Assembly: GCF_006345805.1 (NCBI RefSeq)
Contig: NC_043019.1
Location: forward strand, 17,297,360 to 17,361,359
Source of the DNA: Octopus sinensis
Taxonomy: Eukaryota
Length of the DNA stretch: 64,000 bases
Reading direction: 5' to 3'
The stretch's first letter is position 1; each line of letters starts with the position of its first letter. The notes beneath the pieces were generated by a model. It did no database searches. It was not told where the DNA came from and saw only the letters and a program-made list of their open reading frames with translations. Made by a program: the position numbers and the translations under genes. Of this stretch, positions 35,341-48,357 are shown piece after piece.

Positions 35341-36167
35341 TTAACTTTGACCATGATGAGTTGATAAGCCAGCAGCTTGGCACCTAGGGAAGCAAGAACA
35401 TGCTATCAGACAGTGTCATAGGGTACTGAACAGATGGACCACTTTCGTTCAGTCTTGACCTCCAGACAGATTGGAACCGAGTCGAGGTTATGAACAGAGT
35501 AGCCAGTCTTTTCCAGAAAATAGGCCGAGAAGATGCCAAACATATCCTCTGTTACATATTACTGTCTGAGCATTGTGCTTTGCTCTGTTTTTGTCTGACT
35601 AGTGTGAGGTGTCTGCTCATCCACTCCTTGTAGAAGGAACATGTTGTCAACAACCTCTGCACAGAGGTCCGTGGTTGCTGATGCACAGAAATGCACTTGA
35701 GGCTTTTACATGTACGATGATTAATGGATGGTGAACAAGTGAGGCCATGTGCCTACAGCTCATCTCTTTGACAGAGATGCAGTGCTGAGTCAGGTAAATA
35801 CCAAGATTGGGCATCAGGCATCTGAAATGTTGTCAGACATCCACAACTCCCTACTAGTTAAGAAATGCGACCACAATAATATTCATCTGAAAGTTAGCTG
35901 TGGGTATGAGTGACTATTCATAGGAAAACTCTGGATGACAACCGAAACCAACAGGCTGATCTGTTCTGGAGGACTTTCAGTCTGAGAGTATTGGACAATT
36001 ATCAGAAATCCCTGGTTTAGAAGTGCTACTGGGAGAACATTAGGCATGAAAGTGCCTAGCTCGCCCAAGATGCATGCTGAATGACAAAACCATTCTGCAT
36101 ACACCTAGTCAGTCCCCAGCATCACTATCTTGTGGAGTTTTCCTGAAAGCAGTTATTGTGGGTAGGA

Positions 36168-36730
36168 TAATAATAATAAAACGTTGTGTACAGTGCTCAG
36201 GTGCACTACAACTCATCTAAAGTGTATGTATAGTACATAGGGTAATGTACAAGCGTCAGGAAAAGAACAGTGCATGAGTCATGACATACACATATGTGTA
36301 TGAGTATGGAAGGGGGACAATCAGGTGTAGTTTCGGCGGATTTCGGAAAGCACGAGGGCCTTAATTGGATTAACAGCTGGATGGATTGGACTAACAGCTG
36401 AATCCATTGTGAATATCGTCCCTGCTACTTTTCTTAAGCTGGAAAGAGCAGACAGCTTTCTTCTATAATAATAATAATAATAATGAAATTATTGTATACA
36501 GTGCTCAGGTGCATCACAACTTGTCAGAAAGTGCATATAAAGTACATGCAGTAATGTAAAAATGTCTGGAAAGCGATCTGCTAAAAAAGGGTTATATGGT
36601 TGGTGCAACAGAAAAGATTGGAGGCAGACACTTTCCTCTTCAGTCAAGCACTTATTGACTCTTTTTAATTTCAATTGTAGAGAAAAACGAGGATGGTGGC
36701 AAAGGTTCTCCCTTCATTTCAAAGAGAATT
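36168..36730 (-). mobile_element. Two LINE 3' ends of the same family
   Basis: ...TGTAGTGCACCTGAGCACTGTACAC..TTATTATTATT tail seen twice. Confidence 0.7.
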
Positions 36731-38993
36731 TGTTTAAAACTGGGTGGGATTTGTGAACAAAACACCACTGAATGGGCCTATACTTAGCATGCACCCGTAT
36801 GCAAGAAAATGACAGCCGGAGAGGGTAATAACTCTTAGTTATCAGGATAATTCAGGCTTGCTAAGGATTCTTGGTAATCTTCATTTCCTTTTTCGTTTTC
36901 TCTCTTAACTTGTCCATCAAATGTTTCCTTCAGTCATCACCCTTGTGGCTTCCAACATATCCTTTGTTCTTTCCTAAGCCCCTGGGGTGGCACCGGAGGG
37001 AAATTGATTGCTATTTCTAGAAAAGTTTTGCGCTCGCATAAAAGTTCTCTTGTTGACTCGTAATAGATACCCTAGAGGTTTGATGTAATCGTTTAGCCCC
37101 AGGTCAGCCTTGATCCAGTAAACTTATGATCAAAAGTATTTTTAGATATATTGTATTTAGAATCACATTATTTAGCGTGTCCTTCATTTTTTAAGACGGT
37201 AAGATATGATGATATCACGAAGATTTGGTTGCTATTTCTTGCAAACAGAATTACAACACGGTTCTTTAGTTATTGCGAATTTCATATGGTTGTAATATCC
37301 AACTGTTATCGTTAAGACAACCACATGAAACGCGAAACAACAAAGGAGTAACGTCGCTGTCGTTCGATTTGCTAGAAATAGCAAGCAAATATCCCTGAAA
37401 TTGATAATGAGGATCTGAGTTTCATATAGTTGTAATATCTCATCGTCATCGTGAAGACAACCATATGTAAGGCGAAACAACAAAAGAGCATCATTGTTGT
37501 AGTTCGATTTGCTAGAAATAACAGCCAAATCGCCCTCAAACTGGTAATGTGGATCTGAATTTCCTGCGTTTACGTATAATATAATTTGTAACGTCCAAGT
37601 ATAATGTAAAATAGCAAGGCAGTGCTGAATGAGCAATAACTTTATAGATATATATATTTCTTTACTACCCACAAGGGGCTAAACACAGAGGGGACAAACA
37701 AGGACAGACAAACGGATTAAGTCGATTACATCGACCCCAGTGCGTAACTGGTACTTAATTTATCGACACCGAAAGGATGAAAGGTAAAGTCGACCTCGGC
37801 GGAATTTGAACTCAGAACGCAGTGGCGGACGAAATACCGCAAAGCATTTCGCCCGGCGTGCTAACGTTTCTGCCAGCACGCCGCCTTTATATAGTGTGGC
37901 TTTTATACATTGTATGTGGTATGGAGCAGTACCATTCTTAATACATCGACTTTAATTTAATTTTTAGTAGCCTGCTGCTGATGTACTCAAAATAGATTCT
38001 CTGGATTCTGGATTTCTGGCCCAGTAACAAGAACCGTTTGTTGACAGAGTACTGAGTCGGAAGGATATTGGTAACAGATAAACAAGTCTGTAATATAAAT
38101 CAATAATAAAACAATGAGGAAGCATTTACGTGGTCAATTACCAAGTAGAAATAGCAGCCAGAAGCTTTCAAATCACGCCCTACCATTTTAATTCTCTCTC
38201 TGCACTTTGAGTTTAAATCTCGCCGAGGTTAATTTCATCTTTGGTGGTCGAGAAAATAAAATACCGGCATGGGGCGGTGGATTGGCAAACTTATTAACGC
38301 ATCGGACAAAATAAATAGCTCGCGGTATCTTTTTTTTCGGTGGCTCTTTGTGTTTTGAGTTCTTAGACGGCAGCTGAAAACCGTTGCCCTTTTAAGACAA
38401 CTGCATCCGATTTCTTTTGGTTTGTGGGTCTGAAGAGAGACAGACAGACAGATGGAAAGAGAGAGAAGTGATGGAGTGAGGTAGAGGGCGTCATTATTGC
38501 CGTCGCTCTCTTGGGTACCGCTTGCAGAGTTCATTGAATTGAAAATTAGTTCCTTTACCCTCTTCCTTTCACTTGGCTTGGAGACCCCGAAAAAAAAAAA
38601 AAAAAAAAAAAAGGGACAGCGCTACGGCATGGGGTGATGGATTGGCGAACCTGTTAAAGGGTCGAACGAAATAGATAAATAGCTGCTTCTCTGTATCCTT
38701 TTTCGGCGGCTCTTTGTGCTTTGAGTTCTGAGACGGTAGGTTTAAACTGTCGCCCGCTTAAAGACATTACTCACCACCACTCAGTGCTTGGGTACCTTTA
38801 ACGGAGTTCACTGAATTGAGAATTAGTCCTTTCACCTGGCTGGAAGTCGCCTGAAAAAAAAAAGAAGTGCTTCGGGTAGTCTTTTCTTCCCCGATTAAAC
38901 GGTAAAAGGCCCAATAAATACAAAAAAAAAAAAAAAAAACATTTATCAACTGTCGACTCGGCATAATAGAGCTCATAACTAATTAAATAGAAC

Positions 38994-39045
<52 letters not shown>

Positions 39046-39141
39046 TATATATATATATAATATATATATATATATATTACTCTACTACTGGTATTTGAGT
39101 ACTCTTTTTTCCACCTTGTTTCACATTTATGTGTTTACTCC

Positions 39142-39230
<89 letters not shown>

Positions 39231-39269
39231 ATATATATATATAAATGTATGGGTAGAGAGAGAGTGAGA

Positions 39270-39720
39270 GGCGAGAGCGACACAGCTGTGGCCGTGATGG
39301 TGCGTCTGCTAAATGGCATCTTACCCCGGCCCCGCCCCGCCGCTCGCCATCCCAGAATGCCTAGCGACCGACGTCAGAGCTGCTACCTAGTTCCGGTTGT
39401 AGTGGCGGTGGCTGAAAGCTTCTTCTTTCAGTGGAAAAAACATCTGTCAAAGGAGAAACCGAGACGACGACCGCTTCTCTCTTTCACACACATCCAACCA
39501 CCACCACCACTACAACAACAAGAACAGCACCGAATACTGCGGGGATATATTATGTATACATTACTTTGAGGGAAAAAAGCTGGCAGTGAGTACAAAGTGT
39601 TATATTTCTGCTTTGTTTTAAATATGTCCCACCTTCTCTCTGTGTCGGCCTTTCTAGGCTGCTTTCGATCTCCTCTGGTCTGACGAGAGACGAGACAGGT
39701 AAGACAGATGATGCGAAGAG
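39270..39720. promoter_or_regulatory. CpG/GC-rich promoter-like island
   Basis: GC and CpG content visibly high against the AT-rich background; GC boxes (ccccgccccgcc, about 39330-39342), YY1-like CGCCAT, CRE-like GACGTCA (39370-39376), ETS-like TTCCGG (39391-39396). Confidence 0.6.
39385..39698 (+). other. Candidate non-coding 5' exons of a plus-strand gene (about 39385-39585 and 39658-39698)
   Basis: Donor CA|gtgagt at 39586, pyrimidine-rich acceptor ...ggcctttctag| at 39657, donor CAG|gtaaga at 39699; 72-nt first intron. The start position is a guess. Confidence 0.45.
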
Positions 39721-39860
39721 ACACAAGTGATGCAGCAGCGAGAAGCAGAGGTCGTCATTATTGCCCTTACTCTCTCTCTCTCTCTCTCCATCTCCGTCCC
39801 ACCCTCCACATCGCACTTGCCTCTCATTATTATTACACAACAATATTACTTTCTTCTTCA

Positions 39861-39894
<34 letters not shown>

Positions 39895-40609
39895 CCATCA
39901 TCGCCTCCACCTTCTTTTCTTACCTTTGCTATACTCTCCCCTTATTCTGTCTCTCCCTCTCTCATTTACCACTACCATCTCGCTCTCTCTCTCTCTCTCT
40001 CTTTTTACTCTTTCGGGGTCGCTCTATTCCACCACCTTACACCACAAGAGGGGACTCTCGGTTGTTGCTCTAATTCTAAGCAAAAGCAGTCAAATCTCAC
40101 TCAAAAACCATACACTGGAAGAAAAAAAAAAGAGATACCCCCCCTCATCCCGAAAACGAAAACGAAATGCACGCTGTTGTGGATAAGTTGGTCCCAGGTA
40201 CTTTAGTCCCTGAAATCAAAGACGATCGGCACACCTCAGTTCTGCACACCTGGAGCTCAACGACACCATCACAATTTCACTCTCTCTCTCTCTCTTCTTT
40301 TGCTTGTCTCTCTACCATGGCCACCACTTCCAATATACGGCAATGTTCTTTCTCTTCATCTCAGACATGTCTATTCTCTCCTGTGTTACACGACAACGCT
40401 ACTCTTCCATCCACTCTCATCTATTTTTGCTTAATACTGTCACTTCACCCTCTCTTGCCTAATAATGTCACTCTCTCTTCTTCCTCTTCTTACTATCACC
40501 CTTTCTTTTTTTCCACAACAATTTTTATTCACTCTACCTTTTCTACACGACCGTCTCTCTGTCTCTGTCTGTCTCTCTCGCTGTCTCTCTCTCTGTCTCT
40601 CTCTCTGTC

Positions 40610-40642
<33 letters not shown>

Positions 40643-41162
40643 ACCTGATTCCAACACCATGGCCACCACTTCTCATTGCACAACATAATTCTCCCTCCCT
40701 ATTCATCTTCATAATTTCTTTTTGCTCGACAATATCTCTCTCTAAGCCACCACCATCATCATTCTTCCATGCACGATAACCCTTTCTCCCTTTTTATACA
40801 CTCCATCACACTCCACCACCAGCACCACCGACCGACCGTCTCCTTGTTCCAGACAGTATTACTCTCCATATCCAAACCATCAAACCTTACTCTCTGCTTC
40901 TTTATTTCATGCAACTAACGCCGTCTACTTTTTGTTTCTTTCTCACACTTTCCTCCTCTCCTCATCTCAACTCCTACCACAATCCCCATCTGTCCCTCTT
41001 CCCTTTCATCTCCCCCATCAATGCCGCCGACATCTATCCTACACTATTTATTATTTCCTGCAGCCACTCTTTCTATCACCATTTCCAACGCGACAATCAT
41101 CCTCTTCACATTGCCGTCGTCTTCGATGATAACAAGTTACATTTAGTGTGTGAGCTTGTTAG

Positions 41163-41227
<65 letters not shown>

Positions 41228-41411
41228 TATATGTATATATATGTGTGTGTGTGTGTGTGTATATATATATGTGTATATATATGTGTGTGTGTGTGTGTAT
41301 ATATATATATGTGTATATATATGTGTGTGTGTGTGTGTGTATATATATGTGTGTGTGTGTATATATATATGTGTATATATATGTGTGTGTGTGTGTGTAT
41401 ATATATATGTG

Positions 41412-41445
<34 letters not shown>

Positions 41446-41804
41446 TGTGTATATATATGTGTGTGTGTGTGTGTATATATATATGTGTATATATATGTGT
41501 GTGTATATATATATATGTATATATATGTGTGTGTGTGTATATATATATATGTGTATATATATGTGTGTGTGTGTGTATATATATATGTGTATATATATGT
41601 GTGTGTGTGTGTATATATATGTGTACATATATATGTGTGTGTGTGTGTGTATATATATATGTGTATATATATATGTGTGTGTGTGTGTGTATATATATAT
41701 ATGTGTTATATATATATGTGTGTGTGTATATATATATGTGTGTGTGTGTATATATATATATGTGTATATATATATATATACATGTATGTATGTATATATA
41801 TATA

Positions 41805-41838
<34 letters not shown>

Positions 41839-42027
41839 CATACATGTATATATATGTGTGTGTATATATATATATACATACATGTATATATATGGTGTGT
41901 GTGTGTATATATATTATATATATATATACATACATGTATATATATATGTGTGTGTGTGTGTGTTGTGTGTATATATATATATATATATATATACATATGT
42001 ATATATATATATATATATACATACATG

Positions 42028-42063
<36 letters not shown>

Positions 42064-42069
42064 TACATG

Positions 42070-42101
<32 letters not shown>

Positions 42102-42110
42102 CATGTATAT
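41163..42110. repeat. Compound (TA)n/(TG)n microsatellite of about 950 bp
   Basis: Almost pure alternating TA/TG; source of the 430-, 348- and 341-aa spurious ORFs. Confidence 0.95.
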
Positions 42111-42845
42111 CCGTTTCTTATCCTCCCAGTATTGTTTTATATATATATATATACACACATATATATATTATATAAGGGGGAGAGAATTTTTATTTATATA
42201 AATGCCAAAAAAGAAAAAAAATCCTTGAACTTAATAAAGAACTCTACACACGAAAATAGAGAAATATATATATATATATTCGGGTAACTGTTACATTGAT
42301 AGTCGCCAAAACACTGTATGTGTGTTTAGACATTTTTCAGCCATGTGACTGAAATGTCCTTAACATTATAAGAAACACTTATATATATATGCCATGGGTT
42401 AATTTTGTCCTACACTCCTATTTCTCGTGGACTGCAAAGATTTTTTCACCTTTTGTCACACACCCTCTTTCTTCTCTTAGAAATCAGTTTCCCTTTTGCA
42501 AGGGCTGTCACAGATATTCATTCATCTATGAAGAATTGTGTTTTAGTTTTCTCCCACCCGTCATCAACATGTTACATTACACAATGCAATTATCATCCAT
42601 CCATCGAAAGCGGTTCGAAACGCAACATCGCCAGTTTTCCTCGCGTTTGACAGGATTAAAAGACCAACACACACGCGTTTAGAAATATCTGTTCTTCACA
42701 TATGATGGACATTATTTACATAAAAAGCGGAATCTTTTTTATTCACGTCTACCTCTCTTAGTTTCATACAACAAGTACAAAGCATTCAGTACTTGCTGCA
42801 TGAAACTTCATTTGCTTGGCCCCAAATTGTGTGTGTATACGCGCG

Positions 42846-42941
<96 letters not shown>

Positions 42942-43134
42942 ACAAGTAATAAGAGAGAGACCACATGTGGTCACTCTAACGCTAGAAATAGATCCGCAAA
43001 GGGAATCCACCACTATACTTGTATTAATAATTTTTACTGTATCTCAGTTTTTTTACGCTAGGCCACTTGGTGTTTTAAATTGATGTTATTAATTAATATT
43101 CAATTTTTCACCCTTATTGTGATTTTAATTATAT

Positions 43135-43186
<52 letters not shown>

Positions 43187-43384
43187 CATAGATTTGAAAA
43201 CCAATCCAACATTGCTATATTCCTGTTAATTTGCGTCCAGATATCTTTTCTGTTGGTCGTCTTTAGTTTTATATGTGTGTGTGTTTTGTGTTTGAGATAT
43301 CTTTTCTTAACTGGACTGACAAGACTCGATAGTTATTTAAAATCAATGTCTGATTATCCACGGATCACATTAACTAACTTCACC

Positions 43385-43520
43385 CACCCACCCAAACACA
43401 CACACACACACACACCACATACACACACACACACCACATACACACACACACACCACATACACACACACACACCACATACACACACACACACCACATACAC
43501 ACACCACACACACACACACA
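43385..43520. repeat. (CA)n-CCACATA compound repeat
   Basis: Units of about 20 bp, repeated 5-6 times. Confidence 0.85.
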
Positions 43521-44387
43521 CCGAGCCAATGAACGAGTCTTTGCGCATTAAGCTCAAATCTGCTAGAAACAGCAGTCAAATCTCATATATTACTCTAGCG
43601 TCTCAGTAAAGGCTAAAAAGCAGATTGAATGATTGTCACATATAGAAGAACTTGATCCATAAGGTTTGTATGATAAAATCTGTCCTACCCCCTAATCACC
43701 AGCAACCCTCACGCACTGAAAAAGAGGTATGTCTGACCTCTAATATTCTGTCTTTCCTTTTTTTACCCCCCCACCTTTCTTCTCAATCCTTTTCGTGTCT
43801 AATGTCCCGAAAAATGCAGGTCTTATTCGGAGGTGGAGGTTTTGATAGCCGTATGGATTAGAGGCAAGACGAACTAACCAAATATACACAACACAAACAA
43901 ATACTACTTGGGAAATAACTCGCATGTAATGTACATACACAGAGAGAAGCGTTAATACACTTAACTCTAATACTAGAGGCGTTAAACACTTATCTTTTCT
44001 TTTTTTCATGTGTAAATCCAACCATATATGCTTTGGAAGTGTGTGTATGTGTGTTAAAGTCGGATAGTGTATTGTCATCCTAAGCAGCCCCATTAAACAT
44101 AAACAGTTTGTTCAGCTGTAGATTGTCAAACGCTCTTTTACACACACGCACCTTTTATGCGTGTGTGTAGGCGCCTGCTGTTTATTATCATCCCCGAATT
44201 AATTCTGCTGACCTATAATTTGAAGGGTGTTCCAGCCATCTAGGATTATGTAATCCAAGAATTTGTACATCAAGAATTATATTGTGCCCTTCCTTATTAA
44301 GACAGATTCACGAGGTAGATTTCGCATCTATTTCTAGCCGCTCGATTGACAACATAGCCGTTCCCGTGTATGTAAGTTCGTTTAAAT

Positions 44388-44618
44388 CAACGGTTCTCGA
44401 CTGGGGCTCTATAAGATTTTGTTGCTAAAGTTTGTGTAGTAAACTGGTTACCATTCTGCAATTCACAAAATTTAAAAGCATTTTTGTGTACAATTCCTAA
44501 TATTTAATCATAAAAATATAATAGGAGTTTTTAGACATCAAATGGCTATGAGTGTATCCCCTCCCAGTTAAGTAGGAATCAAAGGAGTCTATAGGTAAAA
44601 AATGGTTGAGAACCACTC
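44388..44618. mobile_element. hAT-type MITE
   Basis: GTTTAAAT 8-bp TSD on both sides; degenerate CAGTGGTTCTCAACC TIRs; relatives near 57505-57705 and 62401-62598. Confidence 0.75.
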
Positions 44619-44859
44619 GTTTAAATGGTTATATGAGTACAGATATGTTATTTGTGGGCATAAATTCACAACGTGACTACGATACATAATGGAAAATGTT
44701 CGTATTTTTTTTGTATGTAGGCGTGTGTTTATGTAACACGGGCGTGTAGTAAACAAATTTGTTTCCCAACCACAATGTCCCGGGTCGGCCCAAATCTTCC
44801 GAGTGGATTTGTTAGATGGAGACTGTTTCAGGCATCAGATTGCGCCCATGCGGGGTCAC

Positions 44860-45218
44860 CACTTTGAAGAAGTTTTAGTCGAAGGTATCAACCCTTGCAC
44901 TTTCTGTTTAAAGCCTGGTACTTGTTCTATCGACGTTTTTTGCCGAACCGCTAAGCTACGGGTACGTAGACACACCAGCACTTGTTGCCAAGCGGTGGTA
45001 GGGGACAAACACAGACATGAAAATACACACACACACACACACACATATAGATACACACGTCAGGTTTCTTTCAGTTTCCATCTACCAAATCCACTCTCAA
45101 GGCTTTGGTTGGCCTGAGGCTAGAGAAGACACTTGCCCAAAGTGACATGCAGTGGGACTGAACCCGGAACCATGTGGTTGGGAAGCAAACTTCTTACCAC
45201 ACAGCTACACCTGCACCC
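44860..45218 (-). mobile_element. SINE family A, diverged
   Basis: Reverse-complement head and body motifs. Confidence 0.75.
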
Positions 45219-45365
45219 ATACACACCACACACACCACACACCACACACACACACACGCACAGGGTTGGCCAAAAGTCATCTGACAGTAAATGAAAACCA
45301 TTTAATTCCAAGATTTATTTATGTTTTAATAACGGAATGAATTTAATAAAAGCATCTAAATATGA

Positions 45366-45985
45366 TGCAGGAGTGGCTGTGTGGTAAGTAGCTTGCTAAC
45401 CAACCACATGGTTCTGGGTTCAGTCCCACTGCGTGGCATCTTGGGCAAGTCTCTTCTGCTATAGCCCCAGGCCGACCAAAGCTTTGTGAGTGGATTTGGT
45501 TGACAGAAACTGAAAGAAGCCTGTTGTATATATGTATATGTATGTGTGTGTTTGTGTGTCTGTGTTTGTCCCCCTAGCATTGCTTGACGACCGATGCTGG
45601 TGTGTTTACATCCCCGTCACTTAGCGGTTCGGCAAAAGAGACCGATAGAATAAGTACTGGGCTTACAAAGAATAAGTCCTGGGGTCGATTTGCTCGACTA
45701 AAGGCGGTGCTCCAGCATGGCCGCAGTCAAATGACTGAAACAAGTAAAAGAGACCGATAGAATAAGTACTGGGCTTACAAAGAATAAGTCCTGGGGTTGA
45801 TTTGCTCGACTAAAGGCGGTGCTCCAGCATGGCCGCAGTCAAATGACTGAAACAAGTAAAAGAGACCGATAGAATAAGTACTGGGCTTACAAAGAATAAG
45901 TCCTGGGGTTGATTTGCTCAACTAAAGGCGGTGCTCCAGCATGGCCGCAGTCAAATGACTGAAACAAGTAAAAGAGTAAAAGAGT
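45366..45985 (+). mobile_element. SINE family A with triplicated 112-bp 3' segment
   Basis: AAGAGACCGATAG recurs at a 112-bp period, three times. Confidence 0.9.
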
Positions 45986-46679
45986 ATGAAGCATCATGAA
46001 ACTTGTTCAAACTGAAGACCTTCTTCAGCGACGACGCATTCTTCCATTCAAATCAATACAGAATTACAGATAGTATTTATGGAATTTTGATTTACTGCCG
46101 GGTGACTCTTGGCCAACCCTGTATGTATGTGTGTGTGTTTGTGTATTTGTTTGTGTTTGTTTCCCCCCTGCCATTGCTTGACAACAGGTGTCTGTTTGTT
46201 TATGTCCCTGTCACTTAGTGGTTTGACAAAACAGATCAATAGAATAAGTACCAGGCTTAAAAAAAAAGTGCTAAGGTTGATTCTTTCAACTATAATTTCT
46301 TCAAGGTGTTGCTCCAGCATGGCCGCAGTTTAATGACTGTAACAAGTGAAAGATAAAAGGGTATCATCATCATTTGGTTGAGCTTGCTTGGATCTATTTA
46401 ACTGCCATCTATCTTGGTCCTGCATTAGTTGAGGGCAGGCTTTGGCGAGGCATGCGGTGTCTCTGGCGATTGGATCTACATCCAGGGTTTCTGGTGAGTT
46501 GTTTGGATGACTTGCTTGAGTAAGGCCATTCTTTGGCATCAACAGCAGGAGATTACTTGTCAGCCCTTGTTTAGCTTGCCAGCAATGTTCTGCAATAATG
46601 AAAGCACCTTTCCCTTTATAATGGTCGAAACGGGCAAGAGATCTTCGTACAGCTGTGTCTTGGTAGGATCACTTCTCCG

Positions 46680-46904
46680 ACATATTTTCATTTTTGTTTC
46701 AACCATTTGACTGCAGCCATACTGCAGCACTGCCTTGAAAGGTTTTTTAGTCAAATAAATCAACCCCAGGGCTTGTTTCTTTTTAAAGTCTAGTACTTAT
46801 TCTGTTGGTCCCTTTTGCCGAACTGATAAGTTATGGGGATGTAAACACACCAATGCCAGTTGTCAAGCAGTGATGGGGAGCAGACACAAAGGCACACACA
46901 CATA

Positions 46905-46948
<44 letters not shown>

Positions 46949-47609
46949 CTATATATATATAAGTAGAGTTTAGTGTCCAATGAAGAAAAGGCACGCACAA
47001 ATGGACTGGTTACACCCCTAGCATAACCTTATGGCCTATGCTAGGGGTGTAACCAGTCCACTTGTGCGTGCCTTTTCTTCATTGGACACTAAACTCTGCT
47101 TGCAAAGACCAGTTGAGCCAAGTGAAATAGAAGTCGAAATCAAATTCGGTGACTGGCATCCGTTGCTAGTGGAGTGCTAAGAGTACCATACGAGATCGTT
47201 GCCAGAGCAACAAGCTGGCCTCCGTGTCGATGGCACGTTAAGCACACCATTCAAGTGTGATCGTTACCGCGTTGCCTTACCAGCACTTGTGCTGGTGGCA
47301 TCACAAATATTCGGGTGAGGTCGTCGCCAGTGCTGCTGGACTGGCTCCTGTGCAGGTGGCAGGTAAAAAGCACCATTTGGGCGTGGCCATTGCCAGTACC
47401 ACCAAACTGGCCCTTGTGCCGGTGGCACGTAAAAGCACCCACTACACTTTCGGAGTGGTTGGCGTTAGGAAGGGTATCCAGCTGTAGAAACGCTGCCAGA
47501 TCAGATTGGAGTCTGGTTCGCCAGACCTCAGTCAAATCATCCAACCCATGCTAGCATGGAAAGCGGACGTTAAATGATTATGATGATGATGATGATGATA
47601 TATATATAT

Positions 47610-47647
<38 letters not shown>

Positions 47648-47812
47648 ATGGGCTTCTTTCAGTTTACCAAATCTACTCACAAAGCTTTAGTTGGTCCGAG
47701 GCTATAGTTGAAGACATTTGCCCAATGCGCTATGCAAAGGATAGAACCCGGAACCATGTGGTTGGGAAGCAAGCTTCTTACCACGCAGCCATGTCTGCAC
47801 CTATATTTAAGA
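46680..47812 (-). mobile_element. SINE family A split by a family E/F element (46961-47600)
   Basis: Tail half 46680-46900, head half 47645-47812, (TA)n on both sides of the insert. Confidence 0.75.
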
Positions 47813-48316
47813 CTGCTCTTAACATTCAGATGTAATTTCAATCTAGCTTGGATCTCAGCGATTTAGCGAGCATCCAGATTGTTGCTCCATATATATATAT
47901 GTGTGTGTGTGTGTGTGTTTGTTCCCCACCACTGTTCGATAACTGGTGTTGGTTTGTTTATGTCCCTGTAACTTAGTGGTTCAGCAAAAGAGACTGTTAG
48001 AATGAATGCAAGGCTTTAAAATAACAAGTACCGGGATTGATTTGTTTGACTAAACCTTTCGAAGCAGCGTTCCAGCATGGCCACAGTCCAGTGACTGAAA
48101 TAAGTGAAAGATAAAAGATGCCTGTATGGTGTTGTGTGTATGAATGTGTGCAGACGTGTGTGTGTGTGTGTGCAGACATGATTTAAAATGATTGTTCAAA
48201 CCAGTCCTCCATTCTCATATAAAGCATCTACAATATATACATGCATACATATGTTTATATGTGTGTATATGTATATATACACACATATATACACACATAC
48301 ACACGCATATATATAC

Positions 48317-48357
<41 letters not shown>

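Noticed and set aside
39325-39350. MASGGAGPG as the first exon of a protein-coding gene
   Set aside because: The phase 2 join to the nearest good exon stops after five codons, and no recognisable coding exons were found on the minus strand between 20 and 39 kb. Kept only as a possible uORF or lncRNA.
40909-42287. Longest ORFs in the track (430, 348, 341 aa)
   Set aside because: Translations of a (TA)n/(TG)n microsatellite that lacks stops; only Y/I/C/V/M/H/T residues, no domain.
45634-45985. CRISPR-like array
   Set aside because: Units are identical end to end with no unique spacers; eukaryotic SINE-derived tandem repeat.
45990-46045. CTGAAGA-CCT-TCTTCAG hairpin (and similar CTGAAGAAGTG...CGCTTC at about 11930)
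   Set aside because: Core elements are not in hammerhead order on either strand; at best unrecognisable relics.
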